A stretch of DNA of 64,000 nt from Myxococcota bacterium (GTDB taxonomy: Bacteria > Myxococcota_A > UBA796 > UBA2385): NCBI GenBank assembly GCA_044344255.1, contig JBIJDH010000003.1:480001-544000 (forward strand). The letters are read 5' to 3'. Under the pieces are notes generated by a model. The model saw only the letters and a list, made by a program, of their open reading frames with translations. It was not told where the DNA came from and ran no database searches. This document shows positions 57,713 to 64,000 of this stretch, piece after piece (position 1 is the first letter of the stretch; each line of letters opens with the position of its first letter). The position numbers were made by a program, and so were the translations under genes.

Positions 57713-58876
57713 GGCGTACAAGGCCCCCACCTTGACCTCCGGCGTCGGCTGGATCATGCAGACCGGCGCGGCACGCTCCGGTGCCGGGCCAGGGAGGGCG
57801 ACCGCGACAGCGCCCGGTGGGGGGAGGTCGATGTTCAGGCGCACCGCCGGCCAGCGCAGCGCGGGGCTCAGAGGGCCCCAGATGGAGGGGGCCCGACCGA
57901 CGAGCGCCACGCGGCGGACCCGGTGGGTGAGGAGGAGCTCGAGCACAGGCTCGAGGGAGGCGAAGGGGGCGGACTCGTCCCAGGCCAGGGCGACGGTGGC
58001 GCGGGCGACGTGTGCCCAGCGGGCGTGTGCCTTCGGGACGCACTGGGCCACCTCCTTGCGGGGCGAGGCAGGGTGGCCCAGAGCGACGAGCTGCTCCGCG
58101 AGGGGCCCTCGGTGTGGATCGAGCAGGTCGGCCGAGACCCCGGTCCCCGGCGCCGTAAGGCTCAGCGGGGTTCCGGTGTCCGGCAGGTCAAGGTCCATCG
58201 TCCGGAGGAGAGGCCCGAGGGGCGACGCGGCGCACCAGGCCTGGCCCGCGCAGAGCGAGAGCAGCAGCAAGGCCTCGCGGCGGCTCGGGCCGGCGCCCCC
58301 CCTCCACCGACCGATCAGGAGGCCGAGCCCCGCGCCGATGAAGGGCAGGAGCGCCAGCGGGGGCAGGGCGAGGCTGAGGTTGACGCCACGCTGCGTGTCG
58401 CCGACGAACAGCGCCCGATCGATCGCCTCGAGCAGGGGCGGCGCGAGGCCGAGGGCGGCGAGCCCGCCGACGGCGGCGCCCCCTGCGGACAGGGCGCGGC
58501 GACCACCGAGGCAGATCGTGGTGAGGGCGGCGCCGAGGAGGAGCCAGGCCGGCCCGAGCGTCGCCGTTTGGGCGAGCGAGAGCAGCCCGCTGACGGGAAA
58601 GGCCGTGTCTAGCCATGTCGCGTCCAGCAGCGCGATCCGGTCACTCCAGAGGCGCGCCCCGGCCGCCGGCGCGAGCCAGCAGAGCGACATCAGGGCGATG
58701 CGGGCGCCGGGGGAGGGATCGCGATCGGTGATGTGATCGCAGAGCCAGGTGGAGGAGAGGGCCAGGATCGGCGCTCCCCAAGCGAAGCTCGCAGATGGAC
58801 CGCCGCGTTGAACGGCCGGAATTGCGACGAGGGCGAAGATCACCGTGGCGAGCAGGGGTCGGAGTCGGCGTGACAT
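57599..58876 (-). CDS. Polytopic membrane protein with a possible ExbD/TolR-like C-terminal domain
   Basis: About 6-7 N-terminal TMs, then MDLDLP and VALAWDESAPFASLEPVLELLLTHRVRRVALV. Confidence 0.5.
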   Translation of the reverse strand: MSRRLRPLLATVIFALVAIPAVQRGGPSASFAWGAPILALSSTWLCDHITDRDPSPGARIALMSLCWLAPAAGARLWSDRIALLDATWLDTAFPVSGLLSLAQTATLGPAWLLLGAALTTICLGGRRALSAGGAAVGGLAALGLAPPLLEAIDRALFVGDTQRGVNLSLALPPLALLPFIGAGLGLLIGRWRGGAGPSRREALLLLSLCAGQAWCAASPLGPLLRTMDLDLPDTGTPLSLTAPGTGVSADLLDPHRGPLAEQLVALGHPASPRKEVAQCVPKAHARWAHVARATVALAWDESAPFASLEPVLELLLTHRVRRVALVGRAPSIWGPLSPALRWPAVRLNIDLPPPGAVAVALPGPAPERAAPVCMIQPTPEVKVGALYASARALSSASGGPCGAFALPPLAQRVLADPLGDISCPD

Positions 58877-58897
58877 CGCAATATCATCCCGCTTCCC

Positions 58898-60457
58898 ATG
58901 ACCGCTCCGCCGCCCGTCCTGTCTTTGCCTCCTCGTTGGCCTCGCCGCGTCGGCTTCGCGCTGTTGGCGGCCATCGCGGTGCTCCTCGGAATTCGTTTCG
59001 GCGCTGTCGCGCAGGATGACGCGTTTATATCCTTTCGATACGCCGATAACCTCTTGAGGGGGCTCGGCTTCGTCTACAACCCGGGTGAAGCGGTCGAGGG
59101 CTATTCGAACCTGCTCTGGACCTTGCTCGTCGCCGCGGCGATGGCCTGCGGGGCGGATCCCGTGATGGCGACGGTCGTGATGGGGCTCTCGAGCCTCGTC
59201 GCCGGGGTCTTCCTGACGGGAGCGCTGACCAGCGCCGGTCGCCGCCGGTGGATCTCCTCACCGCTGTGGTTGGCTCTCTTGCCACCGGCGCTGCTGGCCT
59301 TGGACGCCACGGTGGCGCTCGAGGCTGTTGAGGGCTTGGAGACGGTCTTCTACATGGCTCTGGTCACCGCCGCGACCTGGCTCTCCCTCGAGGAGCGCTG
59401 GGTGAGCGCCGGTGACGGGTGGGGTGGGCATCGCGGCTCGGCGGTGCTCTTCGGGGTCGCGACGCTGACCCGCCCGGAGGCGCCCTACCTCTTTGCCCTC
59501 GTCCAGGGGGGGCTCTTGATCGACGCTGCCCTGCGCGGAGACCTCCGTCGGCGATGGCGCCCGAGCGTCGGCGCCGGGGCGGTGGTCGCCGTGTGGGTCG
59601 TCGCGCTCACCGCGTGGCGGCTCTGGGTCTACGGGGATCCGCTCCCCAACACCTTTTACGCCAAGACGGGCGGCCTCGCGATTGGGAGGGGGCTGGCCTA
59701 CCTCGGGGCCCACATGGCCACTCACCCGCTGCTGTGGCTGCTCCTTGTGCTCCGGCCGCTCCTCGGGCGGCCCAGCCGCCGCACCCTGCCTTTGGCCTCG
59801 CTCGTGCTCGGGGTGCTCGCCTACATCCTCGCGGTGGGAGGCGACTTCAAGCCGACCGGGAGATTCATCCTCCCCATCTTGCCGGCGATGGCCGCGCTCG
59901 GCGCCGAGAGCGCGGCGCTGCTCGCGCTCGGTGAGCGGCGGCTCCAACGCCTCGTGCCGCTGGGCCTGTTGCTCCTCTTGAGCCCCTACCTGCTGGTGCT
60001 CCAGCAGGCCGACCGATGGGGAGCGGAGCGTCACGCGAACCTCGAGGCTCGCCGCACGGTGGGCCGCTTCCTCTCCGAGAACCTGCCCCCGAACACGGTC
60101 CTCGCGATCCACTCGGCGGGGGTGATCCCCTACTACGCCCGCCTCACCACCATCGACATGTGGGGCCTGACCAACCGAACCATCGCCCGGGCGCCCGCCC
60201 TCCGCTTCGGGGAGGGGCTGGCGGGACATGAGAAGAGCGACCCCGCCTACGTCTTCTCGCTTGAGCCCGATCTGTACCTGCCGGAAGACCGCGTCTTCAC
60301 GCTCCAGCCCTGGAACTTGGAGGAGCTCCCGCGGGAGGCCGGCTTCCCGGCTGACTTCACCGAGCGCTACAAGGCCGTGAGCGTACCGGTGGACGGGCGA
60401 TGGCTGAACATGTGGGTGAAGCGAGGCTTCCTCAAGCAGGTCGCGGGCCGACCGTAA
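58898..60457 (+). CDS. GT-C glycosyltransferase, AftB-like family
   Basis: QDDAFISFRYADN...GFVYNPGEAVEGYSNLLW, GLET, TRPEA, PLPNTFYAK, GGDF, RFILP, AGVIPYY, IDMWGL, GHEK. Confidence 0.8.
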   Translation: MTAPPPVLSLPPRWPRRVGFALLAAIAVLLGIRFGAVAQDDAFISFRYADNLLRGLGFVYNPGEAVEGYSNLLWTLLVAAAMACGADPVMATVVMGLSSLVAGVFLTGALTSAGRRRWISSPLWLALLPPALLALDATVALEAVEGLETVFYMALVTAATWLSLEERWVSAGDGWGGHRGSAVLFGVATLTRPEAPYLFALVQGGLLIDAALRGDLRRRWRPSVGAGAVVAVWVVALTAWRLWVYGDPLPNTFYAKTGGLAIGRGLAYLGAHMATHPLLWLLLVLRPLLGRPSRRTLPLASLVLGVLAYILAVGGDFKPTGRFILPILPAMAALGAESAALLALGERRLQRLVPLGLLLLLSPYLLVLQQADRWGAERHANLEARRTVGRFLSENLPPNTVLAIHSAGVIPYYARLTTIDMWGLTNRTIARAPALRFGEGLAGHEKSDPAYVFSLEPDLYLPEDRVFTLQPWNLEELPREAGFPADFTERYKAVSVPVDGRWLNMWVKRGFLKQVAGRP

Positions 60458-61076
60458 TGGAGAGGGAGGCTGCGCGGGCGCGGGCCTCGACCGACTCCAC
60501 ATCCCCGCGGCGGAGGCGATCGAGGGGGCGCTCGCCGAGGTTCAGATCGTGGTTAAGAAAAAAGGCAAGGGCCGACCAGTCTTGTTGACCGCCCTCTCGG
60601 AGCCGGGCCAGCACTTGGGGCAGGCCGGGGAGGGCGCCGGCCGCCTCGAACTGCCAAGAGGGGTACATCCACGCTCGCCGGCCAGGGTGGTGCACAGAGA
60701 GCAGGTGGTGGTGGCTGCGCCTCCAGTCCACGCCTTGTCTCGTGATCCCGAGGGCCGCAGCGACCTGCGCCGCGGTCCAGAGCCCGCCCTCGGCTTCGGC
60801 TAACGCTCGCCTTGCTTGGAGGGCACGGCCGCGCTCTCGAGCGGCGGGATCGGCGGGATTGGTCTGCGCAGCGGACAACGTAAAGAGCGCGGCCTCGACG
60901 TCGGACCGCTGGGAGAGCGCCTGAAGGAGCCCCTCGCGGGGCAGTCCATCCACCGCCTCCAGGCAGGCTCGGACGGTGCGCATCAGCAAGGGGAGGCGGT
61001 CCGGGCTGCGCTCGGCGACACGACAGAGCTCGGCCTGCAGGTAGCTGATGGCGCCAGCTCGCGGATCTTCGGACAC
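60432..61076 (-). CDS. HTH protein resembling Xre/MbcA/Rv2175c-type antitoxins
   Basis: GGLWTAAQVAAALGITRQGV (HTH), YPSWQF, LPGLPQVL, FFLNHDLNLGERPLDRL. Confidence 0.65.
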   Translation of the reverse strand: MSEDPRAGAISYLQAELCRVAERSPDRLPLLMRTVRACLEAVDGLPREGLLQALSQRSDVEAALFTLSAAQTNPADPAARERGRALQARRALAEAEGGLWTAAQVAAALGITRQGVDWRRSHHHLLSVHHPGRRAWMYPSWQFEAAGALPGLPQVLARLREGGQQDWSALAFFLNHDLNLGERPLDRLRRGDVESVEARARAASLSITVGPRPA

Positions 61077-61224
61077 TGGCCCCTCCGTTCGGCCAAGCGC
61101 TGTCGTGTCGCTCTTGCTGCTTCAGCCCGGCGGCCGCGCCCCAGAGGCCGAGGACATCCCGGAGGAGTATACGCGATGGAGTGGAGAAAAGATAGGCATT
61201 CTTGTGCTACGCGCGTCTGGGAGC

Positions 61225-61253
61225 TTGTCGACGAGGCTCCGCCGGTGCACAAT
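61225..61253 (+). promoter_or_regulatory. Putative sigma70 promoter giving a leaderless kinase transcript
   Basis: TTGTCG-N17-CACAAT, 5 nt before ATG 61259. Confidence 0.45.
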
Positions 61254-61258
61254 GAGGT

Positions 61259-62872
61259 ATGTCGCGATCCACCCGCCCCCCCCCATTGGCTGAGACCGCG
61301 CTCCCGAGCGGTCCGAAGTCGAAGTTTGAGTTCGACCCCATGATCGGCACCGTCGTAGCGGGCCGGTATACGGTGTTGAAGGTGATCTCCCGGGGTGGTC
61401 TGTCGCGGGTCTACCTTGCTCTGCCGGCTGGCTCCAAGGAGCCCGTGGCGATCAAGATCCTGCTCGAAGACGACGACATCGATAACCACGCTGAGCTCAT
61501 CTCGCGGTTCCACCGGGAGGCTGCGACCCTCTCTCGGCTCTCGCATCCCAACACCGTGCGGGTGCTCGATCACGGCAAGGACCCTGGCTTTCATTGGCTG
61601 GTGATGGAGTTCGTGGCCGACACCACCCTCCAACAGCGCCTGAGGGAGGGCGCCCTCTCCCCGGCTCAGGCCGTCGAGGTGATCGAGCAAGTCTGTTGTT
61701 CTCTCGAGGAGGCACATCAGCTGGGGCTCATCCACCGTGACCTCAAGCCCACCAACATCTTCGTGAGCACGCGGGCGCAGGAGGGGGTTCGGGTCAAGCT
61801 GATGGACTTCGGCATCGCCAAGGACATCGAGGACTGTACGGGCGTCACTCGCCAGGGCGCCCTCGTCGGCACGCCCGGCTACATGGCGCCTGAGCAGGTC
61901 ATGGGCGACACCGTGGACGCCCGCACCGACGTCTACGCGCTCGGCGTGTTGCTGTATCGGATGCTGCTCGGGCGGACGCCCTTCAGCCACCTCACGGGCC
62001 CGGCCGTGCTGGTGGCCCCGCTTCGGGCCGATCCGCCTCCGTTCAACACCATCGAGCCGAACCACGGACTCCCGGACACCCTCGAGTGGACGGTGATGCG
62101 CTGCCTGGAGCGAGCCCCGAGCGCTCGCTTCGCCGACGTGACGGAGCTCCGGCGCGCCCTGCGGGTCTGCCGATACTCCCTGGCCCACCCGACCGCCTCG
62201 CTGCCCGTCTCCCTGGTTCGGGGGAGGGTCGAGGCGCCCGATCATGTGCTTGAGGGCTTCTCCACCCAGTCCACGATCCAGCGGGCCCCGATCTTGGGGG
62301 GCGCGGGTTCGCTCTCCAGCCGCGCGTCGGCGCCGTGGCGGGATCGACGGGTCCTCGCCGCGGCGGGGCTCGCTCTGCTCGTCGTTTTGGTCGGCGCGGG
62401 ATGGGCGGCGCTGCACCGGGGGCGCGCCACGCCGTCGCGAGTGGATGAGACCCCCGTCGTCGCCTCACCGGCGCCGGTCGGTGTCCCCGCGTCCGCCCCA
62501 GCGGTGAAGGCCGAGTCCAGCGCCCCAGACGCTGGCCCCGTCACCCTGGCGGGCCTCACGGTCCGCGTGGTGGACGCCGGACTCCTCGTCTCCGGCCGCA
62601 CGAGCGGGCCCACGGCGCCCCCCATCGGCTACGTCCTGGACGGCGCGAACGGTCGCCCCCGCTACGTCGTCAAGTTCGCGGGGGTCAAGAGCGACGGCAC
62701 CCTTGCCCGAACTCCGGTGAACTCCCCGCTCGTGACCGGAGTGACTGTGACCGAGCTGGGTGAGCAGCTGATCGTCACCGTGGTGGCCGGCCCGGAGGCG
62801 CGGTGGGCGCCGCCCTCCTTCCACCCCAAGGAGGCTGGCTTCGAGGTTCTGATTACGCCCCGGGCTCCTTGA
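61259..62872 (+). CDS. Transmembrane Hanks-type Ser/Thr protein kinase with an AMIN-like external domain
   Basis: SRGGLSRVY, VAIK, HRDLKPTN, DFG, GTPGYMAPE, DVYALG; TM at VLAAAGLALLVVLVGAGW; C-terminal PRYVVKF...SPLVTGVTV. Confidence 0.92.
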   Translation: MSRSTRPPPLAETALPSGPKSKFEFDPMIGTVVAGRYTVLKVISRGGLSRVYLALPAGSKEPVAIKILLEDDDIDNHAELISRFHREAATLSRLSHPNTVRVLDHGKDPGFHWLVMEFVADTTLQQRLREGALSPAQAVEVIEQVCCSLEEAHQLGLIHRDLKPTNIFVSTRAQEGVRVKLMDFGIAKDIEDCTGVTRQGALVGTPGYMAPEQVMGDTVDARTDVYALGVLLYRMLLGRTPFSHLTGPAVLVAPLRADPPPFNTIEPNHGLPDTLEWTVMRCLERAPSARFADVTELRRALRVCRYSLAHPTASLPVSLVRGRVEAPDHVLEGFSTQSTIQRAPILGGAGSLSSRASAPWRDRRVLAAAGLALLVVLVGAGWAALHRGRATPSRVDETPVVASPAPVGVPASAPAVKAESSAPDAGPVTLAGLTVRVVDAGLLVSGRTSGPTAPPIGYVLDGANGRPRYVVKFAGVKSDGTLARTPVNSPLVTGVTVTELGEQLIVTVVAGPEARWAPPSFHPKEAGFEVLITPRAP

Positions 62873-63998
62873 GCGAGGGCCTCGGCGCGCCGCGACGCCG
62901 GCGGAGCGGGTAGAGACCCAACAAGCTGGCGAGCAGGGCCGTCGGGGCGCTCGTCTCCAGCGTGAGCTTCCCGCTCTCGCAGCCGCAGCCGGCCTTGCCG
63001 TCGTTGGCGCCCGGGCCGGTCGGATCGTCGTCCGCGGTGGGCGGGCGGTTGTCGGGCTGGGCGCTGTCGTCGGGCTGGGCGCTGTCCGTGCCGCTGTCTT
63101 CGGGCTCGGGTGCGTTGAGGTGGAGCGTGTAGGCGGCGCCGTCCTCGAGACCGGTCACGGCGATCCGCTCGCCCGCCGAGACGACCACCGCGCTGCCCTG
63201 CTCTGCGGCCCCGCCCAGCACCACGGGACCCTCCGCGGTCACCGTGGCGGCGGCCGTGGCCCGGTAGTAGTGGCTCCCGAGCAGGGGGAGCTCGCCGGGC
63301 TGGCCGTCGACGAGGTCCACCACGGGGCTGACCGGCGTATACTCCGACCACTCCTCGAGGCTGGCGTTGCCGTATGCGCCAGTGAAGCCTCCCCACAGCT
63401 CGGCGAGGGTCGAGCCGGTGCTGAGCGGCAGCAGCGTGTCCCAGTGGGCGGCGGGGTCAGTGGAGCTGGCGGTCCAGACCGAGAGCATTCCGCCCGGGCC
63501 GGTCTTCTGTTGCTCCAACCAAGCGTTGAACACGAACATGCCGTATTCGTGTGTGGAGTCGTGGGTGTCGTAGCGTTCGTCGGCGGCCTCTGCGTACCAG
63601 GCGCTGGCGTACTGGAAGCCGTCACGATCGGGATCGGAGAGCTCGCTCGCCCAGGTCGCTGAGGCCTCCCAGTACCAGGCCTCATTGGGGTCGGAGCCGT
63701 CCCAGGCGCGCATCGCATACTGGATGGTGTGCATGAACTCGTGGGCGGACAGGGCCCCCCAGAAATCCACCTCGGATGCCCAGTCAGGGTTTAGGTAGAT
63801 CACAGGGTATCCCGAGGGGAATTCGTCTGTGTAGTAGATCGTGGTGTAGCCGGTGCCGCTGAGGCTCGGATCGAGGAGCACCCAGAGGTAATAGGTGTCG
63901 GAGGAGACTGGCGCCGTCCAGCCTCCCTCGTCGACGAAGGCCGTCCACGCTCCCTCCAAGGCCTCGCCCGCGCGCGTGGCCTGATCTTCGGTGATGCC
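62853..63998 (-). CDS. Exported zinc metalloprotease-like protein with a MYXO-CTERM-type tail, 5'-partial
   Basis: Frame open to the window edge; SAHEFMH...AWYWEASA (HExxH plus E); acidic linker with DSAQPD twice; GCGC, hydrophobic stretch, RRRR. Confidence 0.8.
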   Translation of the reverse strand, partial: GITEDQATRAGEALEGAWTAFVDEGGWTAPVSSDTYYLWVLLDPSLSGTGYTTIYYTDEFPSGYPVIYLNPDWASEVDFWGALSAHEFMHTIQYAMRAWDGSDPNEAWYWEASATWASELSDPDRDGFQYASAWYAEAADERYDTHDSTHEYGMFVFNAWLEQQKTGPGGMLSVWTASSTDPAAHWDTLLPLSTGSTLAELWGGFTGAYGNASLEEWSEYTPVSPVVDLVDGQPGELPLLGSHYYRATAAATVTAEGPVVLGGAAEQGSAVVVSAGERIAVTGLEDGAAYTLHLNAPEPEDSGTDSAQPDDSAQPDNRPPTADDDPTGPGANDGKAGCGCESGKLTLETSAPTALLASLLGLYPLRRRRGAPRPSLKEPGA

Positions 63999-64000
63999 CG

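Overview
Gene-dense, very GC-rich bacterial chromosomal segment, most likely Myxococcota. Clues are a MYXO-CTERM-type tail, a MopE/FG-GAP lipoprotein, a eukaryotic-like Ser/Thr kinase and a Myxococcus-like LexA box. About 47 CDSs are supportable; I found no tRNA, rRNA, CRISPR array, transposase or integrase. In order: (1) a sigma54 response regulator converging on a globin-PAS histidine kinase and a USP gene that has a consensus sigma54 promoter; (2) a parvulin-like foldase/SDR/esterase operon; (3) a radical SAM gene coupled to a large M1-aminopeptidase homologue that has lost its zinc ligands; (4) an Asp-Ala/Ser repeat lipoprotein and a GspC-like PDZ protein; (5) a MoxR-DUF58-VWA-VWA operon; (6) a ~21 kb block of extracytoplasmic modification genes (4 SGNH-like proteins, an AlgI-type MBOAT, 4 GT-C-like polytopic proteins, a GH2-like lipoprotein, a B12 radical SAM enzyme, a methyltransferase) that also contains dinB; (7) pgi, glutamine synthetase III, a phosphotransferase and tldDE; (8) rimP-nusA-ylxR-infB-ylxP with a terminator-like leader, a long hairpin before infB and no rbfA/truB; (9) a fifth GT-C protein, an orphan antitoxin-like gene, a Ser/Thr kinase and a partial metalloprotease. 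Best candidates for undescribed biology: the SGNH/GT-C/MBOAT envelope cluster, the globin-kinase/sigma54 circuit, the radical SAM + pseudo-peptidase pair and the infB leader RNA. All calls come from reading motifs by eye; no database searches were run.
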